From: an uncultured Oscillospiraceae bacterium
GTDB lineage: Bacteria > Bacillota > Clostridia > Oscillospirales > Oscillospiraceae
Length of the DNA stretch: 64,000 bases
Reading direction: 5' to 3'
NCBI GenBank assembly: GCA_964401725.1
Contig: CAYNZM010000002.1
Location: 3,711-67,710 of the forward strand
Positions 1-9,752 of the stretch are shown in pieces. The notes under the pieces are model-generated. The model was not told where the DNA came from. It saw only the letters and a list, made by a program, of their open reading frames with translations, and made no database searches. The position numbers and the translations under genes are program-made. Each line of letters begins with the position of its first letter. Position 1 is the first letter of the stretch.

Positions 1-1
1 C

Positions 2-259
2 GGCCGGAGCATGCTCACCCAGTCCGCCGCCATCCACTACCTCCGACCCGGTACGGGAGGAACTCTCACGGCAAAATCCCGTCTTATCAAAAACGGACGC
101 CGTACCGCCCTCTGCACCGGCGAGGTGTACGACGAGGCCGGACATCTTCTCGTCACGAGTCAGTTCGAGGTGTTCTACACGAGCGACACCCTGAACCTGC
201 CGGAGAAGGGCGAGGACGGTCTGTGGCATCCCGTGGGCGGGGAGGGCCAGTGGAGCTGA
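2..259 (+). CDS. PaaI/hotdog-fold thioesterase, C-terminal part (5' end outside window)
   Basis: The frame is open from the window edge. The C-terminal sequence ...TAKSRLIKNGRRTALCTGEVYDEAGHLLVTSQFEVFY matches the typical PaaI-type strand pattern. Confidence 0.55.
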   Translation, partial: GRSMLTQSAAIHYLRPGTGGTLTAKSRLIKNGRRTALCTGEVYDEAGHLLVTSQFEVFYTSDTLNLPEKGEDGLWHPVGGEGQWS

Positions 260-265
260 ATTTCC

Positions 266-1195
266 TCAGGGCGTGAGGCGCTCCAGCGTCGTTCCGGGAT
301 AGTAATGGGCAAGGATTTCGGCATAGCTCCAGCCCTCCGCGGCTAGGAGCTTCGCGCCTTCCTGGCTCATGCCGACGCCGTGACCGTACCCCGCGACGGT
401 GAAGCGAAAAACGCCGTCATCGTAGTCCACGGTAAAATCCGTGCTGCGCAGACCCAAGGCGCTCCGCACGAACCCGCCGGACAGGACCTGCCCGCCGATG
501 CGCAGATACCGCACCCGCCCAGCATCGTCCGGCTCCGTGCCCACGAGCCATGCTTCCGGCGGCGCCTCCGGGGAAAGACCCAGCCGAAAGGCCAGCTCCG
601 CCGGGGTGAATTCCGCCGTGGAAATGAGGTCCGGCACCTGCTCCGGGGTTTCGGGGCTGAACACCGGGACGAGATACGGCTGGGCGGACCAAATGGCCCC
701 GCTGTCCTCCGTGCTTCCCGCGGAGCTTGCGTGGAAGACCGACAGGATTAATTCGCCGTCGTAGGTCAGCACCTCGCCGTCCGTGGCAGTTACCGCCGCC
801 CGCACCGCCGCCAGGTTCTGGTCATAGTCCTCGCCCCAGCGGGCCCGCAGGGCGTCGTCGGAAAGATAGGCGAGGCAGCAGGCGCTGTCCGTGCAGATGT
901 TCGCACCGGGATGCCTGTCCGCCGCGAGGACATAGGTCCGGGCGGCTACGGCCTGGGCTTTCAGAGCCTCCGGGCCATAGGATACCGGCATTTCCGCCGC
1001 CACGGCATGGGGAAGATACTCCGCCGCGGTGGTCTCCACGATGCCGCTGTCCGTCAGCAAATACAGAGGCGTCCGCTCATCCGAGAGGGCGTCTGCCGCC
1101 GTGGGAGCGGCGAGGCGAAACAGCAGGATAAGCGCCGCGAAGGCAGTGCTCCACAGGGCGATGTGACGAAAAATGCGGGTTCGTATCAGCTTCAT
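266..1195 (-). CDS. spoIID: Stage II sporulation protein D (SpoIID/LytB lytic transglycosylase family)
   Basis: Motifs AVAARTY, VFHASSAGSTEDS and GYGHGVGMSQEGA, plus an N-terminal TM segment. Start trimmed to MKLIRTR (ATG 1195), which has AGGAG 8 nt upstream. Confidence 0.8.
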   Translation of the reverse strand: MKLIRTRIFRHIALWSTAFAALILLFRLAAPTAADALSDERTPLYLLTDSGIVETTAAEYLPHAVAAEMPVSYGPEALKAQAVAARTYVLAADRHPGANICTDSACCLAYLSDDALRARWGEDYDQNLAAVRAAVTATDGEVLTYDGELILSVFHASSAGSTEDSGAIWSAQPYLVPVFSPETPEQVPDLISTAEFTPAELAFRLGLSPEAPPEAWLVGTEPDDAGRVRYLRIGGQVLSGGFVRSALGLRSTDFTVDYDDGVFRFTVAGYGHGVGMSQEGAKLLAAEGWSYAEILAHYYPGTTLERLTP

Positions 1196-1266
1196 TTGTT
1201 CCACTCCTGTCTTGACGGGCGTCGGCCTTCGGGTATACAATCAGTTACACACGAGTTTATTACGGA

Positions 1267-2079
1267 ATGGAGATAGATATGCAGAACGAAGCCTACAAAC
1301 TGACCGGAGCCCTCGCGGTGACGAGCGCCGCGGGCTTTCTGCTCCGCTGGGTGCAGAATATGCGGATCCTGGACCCGGACGCGGGTCTTGCCGTGCGCGG
1401 CGCGGGCATCAGCTATGTCGTGGCGGCGGTCATTCTCGCCGTTGCCGCCGCCCTGGCCTATGTGGCCCTTTCGGTGCGGAAGCTGGAAGCCCCCCGGGAA
1501 CCGGAGGAAGCCCTTGCGGGAAAGACGTTTCTTTATACGGCCCTCAGCACCCTGCCGGGCGTGCTTTTCTTGCTGGCGGGGCTCCTGATGCTCACCCGTG
1601 CATGGCCGGACAGCGTGCTTGCCATCCGGCGCATCACCGGTATTGCGGCGGTTGCGGCGGGGGTGGGCACGGTGCTTATCGCCTCCGGCATCACAAAGCC
1701 GGAGAAGGCCGCTGTGCGCCGGTTCAGCGCGGTCCTGCTGATCCTGTTTGCGGGACTGTGGCTTGTTGCTGAGTATAAGGCGATCTCCGCCGATCCGGTC
1801 CTGTGGCGCTTCGCGGTGGAGATTCTCGCGATCTGCGCGGCGCTGATGGCGTACTACTACATTGCGGGGTATTTTTACGGCGAGCCCAGTCCGGCGATGT
1901 CGGTGTTTTTCTGCTGCCTCGGCGGTTTTCTTTGCGTCATGTCGGCGGTGGACGAGCATTCCCTTGCGGAGAGCCTGTGCTTTGTGGGAGCGGCATTCCA
2001 GCTTTTCGTGTGGGACTACGCCCTTGTAAAGAACCTGCGCCGCCCGGAGGACCCGATCCCGCCGCAGATCAAGCGATAA
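1267..2079 (+). CDS. Hypothetical polytopic membrane protein
   Basis: About 6-7 hydrophobic segments and no recognisable family. A sigma-A-like promoter (TTGACG-18-TACAAT, 1212-1241) lies upstream. The start could be 1279 instead. Confidence 0.5.
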   Translation: MEIDMQNEAYKLTGALAVTSAAGFLLRWVQNMRILDPDAGLAVRGAGISYVVAAVILAVAAALAYVALSVRKLEAPREPEEALAGKTFLYTALSTLPGVLFLLAGLLMLTRAWPDSVLAIRRITGIAAVAAGVGTVLIASGITKPEKAAVRRFSAVLLILFAGLWLVAEYKAISADPVLWRFAVEILAICAALMAYYYIAGYFYGEPSPAMSVFFCCLGGFLCVMSAVDEHSLAESLCFVGAAFQLFVWDYALVKNLRRPEDPIPPQIKR

Positions 2080-2092
2080 CCAAAGCATAAAC

Positions 2093-2125
2093 AAAGCCCC
2101 TCTCCCAGAACAGGAGAGGGGCTTT
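2093..2125. terminator. Bidirectional hairpin between convergent genes
   Basis: AAAGCCCCTCTCC-loop-GGAGAGGGGCTTT. Confidence 0.6.
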
Positions 2126-2138
2126 GCGCTGCCGCGGA

Positions 2139-3824
2139 TCACTCCACGGAGATTATGTAGTAGTAGACCGGCTGACCGCCGCGAATGAGGGAGGTCTCCG
2201 CCTCCCGGAAGTGGGAGCCGAGGCCGTCGCAGAAGCTCCGGGCGTCGGCGTCTGCCACATCTTGACCGACGTAGACGGTGATGAACTCAGGGTTAAGGGG
2301 CTCAATGGTCTTCTCCAGACGCCCGATCAGTTCGTCGGTGTCCGTGAAGGAGCCGACGAGAGCGCTGTCCATCAGGGTGAGGTACTCGCCCGCGTGGATG
2401 GTGTGTCCGTCGAACTCGGAGTCCCGGGCAGCGTAGGTCACCTGGGCGGTGTGGACGCCGGCGATGGCCTCGTTGAATTCCTCGGCGAGGGCCTCGGGCG
2501 AGCTGTCCGGGGACAGGCGCATCATGGCGGAAATGCCCTGGGGCACGGTCTTCGTGGGAATCACGATGACCTTTTTCGTGGTAAGGGGAACGCACTGCTC
2601 CGCCGCCATGATGATGTTTTTGTTGTTGGGGAAGACGAAAACGGTCTCCGCCGGGGTGAGGTTCACGGCCCGGAGGATGTCCTCCGTGGAGGGGTTCATG
2701 GTCTGGCCGCCGGAGACGATCCGGTCCGCGCCCAGCTGAAGGAAAAGCTCCTCCAGACCATCGCCGGCGCAGATGCACACGGCGCCGAGAGTCTTTTCCG
2801 CCGGGACGGGATCGGGGATGCCCTCGACATCCTCCTTGGGCGCGGCGCCGGACGCCTTGGCGGTCTCCTCCGGCGCTTCGGCGTGGGCCTTGGCGTCGAG
2901 AGAGGTGTGCTGCTCCCGCATGTTCTCGATCTTTACCGTGATGAGCGGTCCGTAGCCCAGGGCCTTGGTGAGGACCTTGCCGGGGTCGTTGGTGTGGACG
3001 TGGGTCTTGATGATCTCGTCGTCCTCCACCACCACGAGGGAGTCGCCGATGTTGCCGAGGTAGGCCCGGAGAAGGTCTACATTTTTGTTGTTTGCCTTGC
3101 GGACAATGAACTCCGTGCAGTAGGCGTATTGGATGTCCTCGGTGGCGAAGGAGGAGAAGTCCGCCTTCTTCTGCTCGGGGGCGGGGCCGACCTCGCTGAC
3201 GGTGACGCGGCCCTGCAGGTAGCCCAGCATAGCGTCGAGGATGATGACGTAGCCGTGACCGCCGGCGTCCACGACGCCCGCTTTGGTCAGGACCGGGTTC
3301 TGGTTGATGGTGTCCGCCAGGGCGACGCGGGCGCTCTCCAGGGAGGAGGCGAGGACCTCCTCCACATCGGCAGTCTGCTGGGCGCAGTTTTGGGCGGCCT
3401 CCGCGGCGAGACGGCTGACGGTGAGGATCGTGCCCTCGGCGGGCTTCATGACGGCCTTGTACGCCGCTTCCACACCGCTGTTCATGGCGGCGGCAAACTG
3501 GGCGGCGGAGGCGGTCTCCAGCTTCTTGAGGCCCTTGGACATGCCGCGGAACAGCAGCGACGTGATGACGCCGGAGTTTCCGCGCGCGCCGCGCAGGAGG
3601 CCGGAGGCCACGCGGTCGGCGGTGGCGGTCAGGGTGGGGGAGGCGCCATTCTTGCGGAGGTCCGAGGCGGCGGAGCTCATGGTCAGGCACATATTGGTGC
3701 CGGTGTCGCCGTCGGGGACCGGGAAGACGTTCAGCTCGTTGATGGTCTGCTCGTTGGCAGACAGGGCGTCGTACGCGCACAGGACCATGTCCCGAAACGC
3801 GGCGCCGTCGATGTATTCTCTCAA
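2139..3824 (-). CDS. DAK2 domain-containing protein (YloV family)
   Basis: N-terminus FPVPDGDTGTNM is the DAK2 motif, and the C-terminal region is DegV-like. It lies downstream of an asp23 gene, as in Bacillus yloU-yloV. Confidence 0.85.
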   Translation of the reverse strand: MREYIDGAAFRDMVLCAYDALSANEQTINELNVFPVPDGDTGTNMCLTMSSAASDLRKNGASPTLTATADRVASGLLRGARGNSGVITSLLFRGMSKGLKKLETASAAQFAAAMNSGVEAAYKAVMKPAEGTILTVSRLAAEAAQNCAQQTADVEEVLASSLESARVALADTINQNPVLTKAGVVDAGGHGYVIILDAMLGYLQGRVTVSEVGPAPEQKKADFSSFATEDIQYAYCTEFIVRKANNKNVDLLRAYLGNIGDSLVVVEDDEIIKTHVHTNDPGKVLTKALGYGPLITVKIENMREQHTSLDAKAHAEAPEETAKASGAAPKEDVEGIPDPVPAEKTLGAVCICAGDGLEELFLQLGADRIVSGGQTMNPSTEDILRAVNLTPAETVFVFPNNKNIIMAAEQCVPLTTKKVIVIPTKTVPQGISAMMRLSPDSSPEALAEEFNEAIAGVHTAQVTYAARDSEFDGHTIHAGEYLTLMDSALVGSFTDTDELIGRLEKTIEPLNPEFITVYVGQDVADADARSFCDGLGSHFREAETSLIRGGQPVYYYIISVE

Positions 3825-3865
3825 AGTTTCATACCTCTATCCAGCAGTGTGATGGTGCGCGGGGA

Positions 3866-4219
3866 TCAGTCCATGTTCATGGAATCGACGAACACGTCCA
3901 CTTGATTTACGATAACGCCGGTGGCGGCGGTGACCTTGTAGCTCACCTCGGACATGATGCTCTCGCACAGGGCGGAGAGATTCACGCCGTGGTCCACTAC
4001 GATGTGCAGCTCCACCGCGACGGTGCCGTCGTCGCCGTAATGCACGGTGACGCCCTTCGACATGGATTCCCGCCGAAGCAACTGCCAAACGCCGTCATTT
4101 TTTGACTGACTCGCCATGCCCTTGACGCCGAAGCAGCTGGATGCCGCGTCTCCTACGATATTGGAAAAGACATCGTTCGCAATGTCGATGATGCCCTTTT
4201 CGCTTGTTTTCATTAACAA
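3866..4219 (-). CDS. Asp23/Gls24 family envelope stress protein (YloU-like)
   Basis: GIIDIANDVFSNIVGDAASSCFGVKGMA is a typical Asp23 N-terminus. The TTG start at 4219 sits 8 nt after AAAGGAGG. Confidence 0.8.
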   Translation of the reverse strand: MLMKTSEKGIIDIANDVFSNIVGDAASSCFGVKGMASQSKNDGVWQLLRRESMSKGVTVHYGDDGTVAVELHIVVDHGVNLSALCESIMSEVSYKVTAATGVIVNQVDVFVDSMNMD

Positions 4220-4367
4220 GGCCAGGACCTCCTTTTGTGATCGCGTTGCCGTTAGATCATTATGGACATTCGCAGAGTATTATACCGCACTTTTCCATAC
4301 TGCACAAGAAAAATATTTTTAAGTAAGTATTTCAAAAGTATTTTCTTACGGAAATACAAAATTCTGC

Positions 4368-4396
4368 TTTTCATATCGGACGGATTATGATACAAT
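4368..4396 (+). promoter_or_regulatory. Candidate sigma-A promoter for PFOR (TTTTCA-17-TACAAT, TG upstream)
   Basis: Read directly in the AT-rich divergent region. The -35 element is weak. Confidence 0.35.
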
Positions 4397-4452
4397 GACG
4401 AAGATAATGGCAATCGTGTGAAAAAAATTTCATAAAGGAGATGTGTGTGACT

Positions 4453-7400
4453 ATGACCCGTTCCAAGAAGACCATGGACGGCAACAACGCCGCCGCTCAT
4501 GTGTCGTATGCCTTCACCGAGGTCGCGGCCATCTACCCCATCACTCCGTCGAGCCCGATGGCGGACTATGTGGATCAGTGGGCGGCTGCGGGGCAGAAGA
4601 ACCTCTTCGGCACCACCGTCAAGGTCCAGGAGATGCAGGCGGAGTCCGGCGCGGCCGGCGCCGTCCACGGCAGCCTGAACGCCGGCGCTCTCACCACGAC
4701 CTACACCGCGTCCCAGGGCCTGCTGCTGATGATCCCCAACATGTACAAGATCGCCGGCGAGCTCCTCCCGACCGTCTTCCATGTCACGGCCCGTACTCTC
4801 GCGACCCACTCCCTGTCCATCTTCGGTGACCACTCCGACGTGTATGCCTGCCGTCAGACCGGCTTTGCGATGCTGGCGGAGACCAACACCCAGGAGGTCA
4901 TGGACCTCTCCCCGGTGGCCCACCTCGCCGCCCTGAAGGGCCGGGTCCCGTTCCTGAACTTCTTTGACGGCTTCCGCACCTCCCATGAGCTGCAGAAGAT
5001 CGAGGTCTGGGACTATGAGGACCTCCGGGACATGCTGGACATGAAAGACGTGGAGGCCTTCCGCGCCCGCGCCCTGAACCCCGAGCGTCCCATCATGCGC
5101 GGCTCCCACGAGAACGGCGACATTTTCTTCCAGCACCGCGAGGCGGCGAACACCTACTACAACGCCCTGCCTGCCATCGTACAGGAGTGCATGGACAAGG
5201 TCAATGCCAAGCTCGGCACCGACTACAAGCTTTTCAACTACTACGGCGCTCCCGACGCCGAGCGGGTCATCGTCGCCATGGGTTCCATCTGCGACGTGGC
5301 GGAGGAGGTCATCGATTTCCTGACCGCCCAGGGCGAGAAGGTCGGCCTCGTGAAGGTCCGCCTGTACCGGCCCTTCGCGGCGGACAAGCTCCTCGAGGCC
5401 ATTCCCGCCACCTGCAGGAAGCTCGCGGTCCTCGACCGCACCAAGGAGCCCGGTTCCCAGGGCGAGCCCCTGTACATGGACGTCGTCACCGCTCTCGCCG
5501 CGGCGGGACGCACCGGCATCCGGGTCATCGGCGGACGCTACGGCCTCGCCTCCAAGGACACCACCCCGGCCAGCGTCTTCGCGGTGTACAAGGAGCTCAA
5601 AAAGGACGAGCCCAAGCGCCAGTTCACCGTCGGCATCGTGGACGACGTGACGAACCTCTCCCTGGCGGAGGAGCCCGCCCCCGACACCGCTCCCGCCGGC
5701 ACCATCCAGTGCAAGTTCTGGGGCCTCGGCGGCGACGGCACCGTCGGCGCGAACAAGAACTCCATCAAGATCATCGGCGACTACACCGACAAATTCGTCC
5801 AGGCCTACTTCCAGTACGACTCCAAGAAGACCGGCGGCGTTACCATCAGCCACCTCCGCTTCGGCGACAGCCCCATCAAGAGCCCGTACTACATCTCCAA
5901 GGCCGACTTCGTCGCCTGCCACAACCCGTCCTATGTGGACAAGGGCTTCAAGATGGTCCAGGACGTGAAGCCCGGCGGCGTCTTCCTCATCAACTGCCAG
6001 TGGAAGCCCGAGGAGCTCGATAAGCACATCGACGGCGCCTCCCGCCGCTACATCGCCCAGAACAACATCCAGCTCTACACCATCAACGCCATCGACCTCG
6101 CCATCGAGATCGGCATGGGCAAGCGCACGAATACCATTCTCCAGTCCGCGTTCTTCACCCTTGCGAAGGTCATGCCCGCGGAGGAGGCCGTCCAGCACAT
6201 GAAGGAGGCCGCCACGAAGTCCTACCGCAAGAAGGGCCAGGACATCGTGGACATGAACCACAAGGCCATCGACCTCGGCGCGAACGCCTTCGTGAAGATC
6301 GACGTTCCCGCGAGCTGGGCCGCCTGCGAGGATACCCCCGATCCCGAGGTCCATCCCGACCGGCCCGAGGTCATGAAGATGGTGAAGACCATCCTGAACC
6401 CCGTGGATAAGATGGACGGCGACAGCCTGCCCGTCTCCGCCTTTGCCGATCACGTGGACGGCACCTTCTTCCTGGGCGCTTCCGCCCACGAGAAGCGCGG
6501 CGTCGCGGTCACCGTGCCCCGCTGGGACGAGGGCAAGTGCATCCAGTGCAACCAGTGCGCCTATGTCTGCCCCCACGCTACCATCCGTCCCTTCGCCCTG
6601 ACCGAGGAGGAAGCCGCGAAGGCTCCCGCCGCCGCGAAGATCGCCGACTGGAAGGCCGGCAAGGGCAAGGGCGTATATAAGTTCACCATGGCGGTCAGCC
6701 CGCTGGACTGCATGGGCTGCGGCGTCTGCGTCGGCGTCTGCCCCACGAAGGCCATCACCATGGTCGGCCGCGAGGAAGAGCAGGCCCAGGAGGCCGTTTG
6801 GAACTACATGGCGGACGAGGTCGCTCCGAAGGAGGAGCTCTTCGACCTCACCGTCAAAGGCAGCCAGTTCCACCAGCCGCTGCTGGAGTTCTCCGGCTCC
6901 TGCGCCGGCTGCGCCGAGACGAGCTATGCCCGCCTGGTGACCCAGGTCTGCGGCGACCACATGTATATCGCGAACGCCACCGGCTGCTCGTCCATCTGGG
7001 GCGGTCCGGCGGCCACGAGCCCCTACACCCGCACCAAGGAAGGCCGCGGTCCCGCGTGGGCAAACTCCCTGTTTGAGGATAACGCCGAGTTCGGTCTCGG
7101 CATGTACCTCGGCCAGAAGACCATCCGGGAGCAGCTCCGTGCCGATGTGGAGTACATCATCGAAAACGGCAAGGTGGAGCCCATCGTCTCCGCCGCGAAG
7201 GAGTACCTCGCCACCTACGACGACGGCAAGGCAAACGAGCTTGCCACCCGCAAGTTCGTCGAGGCCCTGGAGACCCACGGCCGCGGCGGCGAGCATTGCG
7301 TGAAGCTCCTCAAGAACAAAGAATTCCTGTCGAAGAAATCCGTCTGGATCTTCGGCGGCGACGGCTGGGCCTACGACATCGGCTACGGCGGCCTGGATCA

Positions 7401-8007
7401 CGTTCTGGCCCAGGGCGAGGACGTGAACGTCCTCGTGTTCGATACCGAGGTCTACTCCAACACCGGCGGTCAGGCCTCCAAGGCGTCCCAGATCGGCCAG
7501 GTGGCGCAGTTTGCCGCTGCGGGCAAGGCCGTTGCGAAGAAGTCCCTCGCCCAGATCGCCATGACCTATGGCTATGTCTACGTTGCCCAGATCGCCATGG
7601 GCGCGAACCCCGCCCAGGCGCTGAAGGCCATCGCGGAGGCCGAGGCCTATCCCGGCCCGTCCCTCATCATCGGCTACGCTCCCTGTGAGATGCACAGCAT
7701 CAAGGGCGGCATGACGAACTGCCAGTCCGAGATGAAGAAGGCCGTGGAGTGCGGCTACTGGAACCTCTTCCGGTACAACCCCGCTCTCAAGGCCGAGGGC
7801 AAGAACCCGTTCACCCTGGACTCCAAGGCGCCCACCGGCTCCTACCGCGACTTCATCATGAACGAGGCTCGTTACTCCTCCCTGACCATCAACTTCCCCG
7901 AGCGGGCTGAAGAGCTCTTCACCAAGGCCGAGGAGGCCTCCGTGGAGCGTTACGCGAACCTGCAGCTCCAGAAGGAGATGTTCGAGAAGGAAGTCTCCGC
8001 CGAGTAA
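4453..8007 (+). CDS. nifJ: Pyruvate:ferredoxin (flavodoxin) oxidoreductase, single-chain PFOR
   Basis: About 1184 aa. It has two 4Fe-4S ferredoxin motifs (CIQCNQCAYVCP, CMGCGVCVGVCP) and the TPP motif GGDGWAYDIGYGGLDH. The start is ambiguous (4441, 4447 or 4453). Confidence 0.95.
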   Translation: MTRSKKTMDGNNAAAHVSYAFTEVAAIYPITPSSPMADYVDQWAAAGQKNLFGTTVKVQEMQAESGAAGAVHGSLNAGALTTTYTASQGLLLMIPNMYKIAGELLPTVFHVTARTLATHSLSIFGDHSDVYACRQTGFAMLAETNTQEVMDLSPVAHLAALKGRVPFLNFFDGFRTSHELQKIEVWDYEDLRDMLDMKDVEAFRARALNPERPIMRGSHENGDIFFQHREAANTYYNALPAIVQECMDKVNAKLGTDYKLFNYYGAPDAERVIVAMGSICDVAEEVIDFLTAQGEKVGLVKVRLYRPFAADKLLEAIPATCRKLAVLDRTKEPGSQGEPLYMDVVTALAAAGRTGIRVIGGRYGLASKDTTPASVFAVYKELKKDEPKRQFTVGIVDDVTNLSLAEEPAPDTAPAGTIQCKFWGLGGDGTVGANKNSIKIIGDYTDKFVQAYFQYDSKKTGGVTISHLRFGDSPIKSPYYISKADFVACHNPSYVDKGFKMVQDVKPGGVFLINCQWKPEELDKHIDGASRRYIAQNNIQLYTINAIDLAIEIGMGKRTNTILQSAFFTLAKVMPAEEAVQHMKEAATKSYRKKGQDIVDMNHKAIDLGANAFVKIDVPASWAACEDTPDPEVHPDRPEVMKMVKTILNPVDKMDGDSLPVSAFADHVDGTFFLGASAHEKRGVAVTVPRWDEGKCIQCNQCAYVCPHATIRPFALTEEEAAKAPAAAKIADWKAGKGKGVYKFTMAVSPLDCMGCGVCVGVCPTKAITMVGREEEQAQEAVWNYMADEVAPKEELFDLTVKGSQFHQPLLEFSGSCAGCAETSYARLVTQVCGDHMYIANATGCSSIWGGPAATSPYTRTKEGRGPAWANSLFEDNAEFGLGMYLGQKTIREQLRADVEYIIENGKVEPIVSAAKEYLATYDDGKANELATRKFVEALETHGRGGEHCVKLLKNKEFLSKKSVWIFGGDGWAYDIGYGGLDHVLAQGEDVNVLVFDTEVYSNTGGQASKASQIGQVAQFAAAGKAVAKKSLAQIAMTYGYVYVAQIAMGANPAQALKAIAEAEAYPGPSLIIGYAPCEMHSIKGGMTNCQSEMKKAVECGYWNLFRYNPALKAEGKNPFTLDSKAPTGSYRDFIMNEARYSSLTINFPERAEELFTKAEEASVERYANLQLQKEMFEKEVSAE

Positions 8008-8026
8008 GCCAACCGCATAAACCAAA

Positions 8027-8062
8027 GGACGCCGCGATCGCTCGCGGCGTCCTCTTTTTTCT
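8027..8062 (+). terminator. Intrinsic terminator after PFOR
   Basis: GGACGCCGCGA/TCGCGGCGTCC stem followed by TCTTTTTTCTGCTTTTT. Confidence 0.7.
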
Positions 8063-8074
8063 GCTTTTTGAGGT

Positions 8075-9091
8075 TTATTCGACAATATCCGCTTCGAGAG
8101 GGAAGGTAACCTGCCAGTTTCCCTCCGTCAGCAGGGAGGCGGTGTAGAAATCGCCGTAGAAGGCGTCCGGGTCCAGGTCCTGCGGGGCAAGGTCGAAGAC
8201 GTATTCCTCGATGCCGCTGACGCCGTCGTCGTCCCAGAAGGAGTAGGAACTGTCGGCGTATATCGTTTCGCCGTTCTCGTCGATATAGTACAGAAAGCCG
8301 TGGTTGTCCGTGCGGAGGATGTCCTCGTATCGCACCTGCATGTGGAGCGCTTCGTTCACCCAGCCTGCGGCGGTGACGGTCACGCCGTCCGCCGGAGAGA
8401 GCAGCGGCTCGCTCCGGGACGCGAGGACGAGGAGGGCGCTGTCTCCGCTCCATACGCTGCCGCCGCGCAGTTCCGTCACCGTCCGCGTCGCGGCCTCCGC
8501 GGGCAGGTCCTTCAGCGCCGCTCCCAGGGACACGCCCTCCGCGGCCTGCTTCCCACTGAGGATCCGATGGACGGAAAAGGTGGCCTTGCTCCCGCGTTCG
8601 GGGAGCTCCTGCCCATCCATGGCGGTACTGTACACATAGAACACGGCGGTCCCGGTGTCCTCGTCATAGCTCTCCATACGGCAGGTCCCCATACTGTCGT
8701 AGGCAGTGTGGAAGCTCCAACTGTCGAAGAGGTCTGCGGTCCCGTCGATCCGGTCCCCGGCGAGGTCCCGCAGGGCGATGTACGCCTCGGCGGTGTCGTC
8801 CCGGACAGAGGCGGCAAGGACCTCCATCTGAATGTCGTTGTCCACGCAGGCAAGGCGCACGGGACGGAAGCGCTGGGCAAGCGTCGGCATGGCGGCGTAA
8901 AGCAGCTCGTATCCAGCGTCGCTGAGGGCCATGGCGGGCAGCGCCAGCGCAAGGCATAGGATCGCGGCGGCGGCTATGACGGCGGCGCGACGCAGGACGG
9001 AGCCCGTCCGGCGCTTCGGTGTCTCGCAGGCTTCGAGAATGTGGCGGTCTTCCAGCCCGTTCATGGCGCAGGCAAGGTCGTTTTTCGTCAT
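8075..9091 (-). CDS. Putative anti-sigma factor (single TM, DUF4179-like extracytoplasmic beta-rich domain)
   Basis: The start MTKNDLA overlaps the sigma-factor stop in an ATGA junction (9088-9091). A TM segment AAVIAAAAILCLALALPAMA is present. The track ORF 8075..9511 carries a spurious N-terminal extension. Confidence 0.55.
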   Translation of the reverse strand: MTKNDLACAMNGLEDRHILEACETPKRRTGSVLRRAAVIAAAAILCLALALPAMALSDAGYELLYAAMPTLAQRFRPVRLACVDNDIQMEVLAASVRDDTAEAYIALRDLAGDRIDGTADLFDSWSFHTAYDSMGTCRMESYDEDTGTAVFYVYSTAMDGQELPERGSKATFSVHRILSGKQAAEGVSLGAALKDLPAEAATRTVTELRGGSVWSGDSALLVLASRSEPLLSPADGVTVTAAGWVNEALHMQVRYEDILRTDNHGFLYYIDENGETIYADSSYSFWDDDGVSGIEEYVFDLAPQDLDPDAFYGDFYTASLLTEGNWQVTFPLEADIVE

Positions 9092-9645
9092 GGCAAGAAT
9101 CCCTCCTTGATCAGATGGAGCCGCAGTTTTTCGCGGGTGCGGTGCAGGCGGACGGACACGGCATTCGGGCGCAGCCCCAGGGAGCGCGCGATGTCTCCCA
9201 CGGGATTGGCGTACCAGTAGCGACGGACAAAGCACATGCGGCTTAGCCTGTCGCAGCCGTCGAGGAAGCGGCCGATCTCCTCCGCCAGAACATGGGCGTC
9301 CAGGACCGTTTCGACGCCCTCCGGCGCGGGCAGGATGTCCGCGAGCTCGTCGAGGGCGGCGTCGTACCGACTTTCGCGGCAGGCAGCGGTGTTGTAGCGC
9401 AGGCGGTGGATGGCAAGGTTTCGTGTCGTCCGCAGAAGCCAAGCCTTGAGGGAGTCCGGCTTTGCGGGCGGGATAGCGTTCCAGGCGGCGAGAAAAGCGT
9501 CGGACACGCACTCCTCCACGTCCTGCTCGGAGTCGAGGATGTTCCGGGCCAGACGACGGCAGGCGGGACCCAGGTCCGCTTCCATCGCCGCGACAGCGTC
9601 CTCGGAGCGGGCCGTAAGCAGTGCCAGAATGTCCTGTTCGGTCAT
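9088..9645 (-). CDS. RNA polymerase sigma-70 factor, ECF subfamily
   Basis: Region 2 (DVEECVSDAFLAAWNA) and region 4 HTH (VGDIARSLGLRPNAVSVRLHRTREKL) are present. Length is 185 aa. Confidence 0.8.
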   Translation of the reverse strand: MTEQDILALLTARSEDAVAAMEADLGPACRRLARNILDSEQDVEECVSDAFLAAWNAIPPAKPDSLKAWLLRTTRNLAIHRLRYNTAACRESRYDAALDELADILPAPEGVETVLDAHVLAEEIGRFLDGCDRLSRMCFVRRYWYANPVGDIARSLGLRPNAVSVRLHRTREKLRLHLIKEGFLP

Positions 9646-9752
9646 GGCTTCATCACCTCCTGCCTATATAGTACCGATCGGAAGGGCCCATGTTACGGGA
9701 ATCATGAAAAAAACGGCAGGACGCTTGCCCTGCCGTGGTTGGGTCCGGGGAA

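Noticed and set aside
4417-4434. TGTGAAA-AAAA-TTTCATA palindrome in the PFOR leader, considered as a Rex or CRP/FNR-type operator
   Set aside because: The half-sites resemble TGTGA/TCACA, but the spacing between the TGTGA and TCATA cores is 8 nt rather than the 6 nt of Rex and CRP consensus sites. One half-site is also mismatched, and an A/T run in an AT-rich leader can produce this by chance. It is worth a motif scan, but I do not call it a site.
4252-8085. 1277-aa ORF on the minus strand
   Set aside because: It is exactly antisense to the unmistakable PFOR gene. The translation is low-complexity G/L/V/D/H/R-rich with no motifs. This is the expected stop-codon-poor mirror frame in high-GC DNA.
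8075-9511. N-terminal extensions of track ORFs (also 266..1240, 9753..11633, 15191..16699, 20440..21642, 20993..21706, 21268..22920, 25348..26250, 31583..32479, 33062..34060, 33948..34634, 42737..43903, 45416..47515, 49825..50736, 50644..51564, 53419..54600, 61436..62047, 63080..63799)
   Set aside because: The extended parts overlap the neighbouring gene or promoter and are Arg/Pro/Gly-rich. They precede an internal Met with a good SD or an ATGA-type coupling junction and a family-typical N-terminus. I used the trimmed starts instead.
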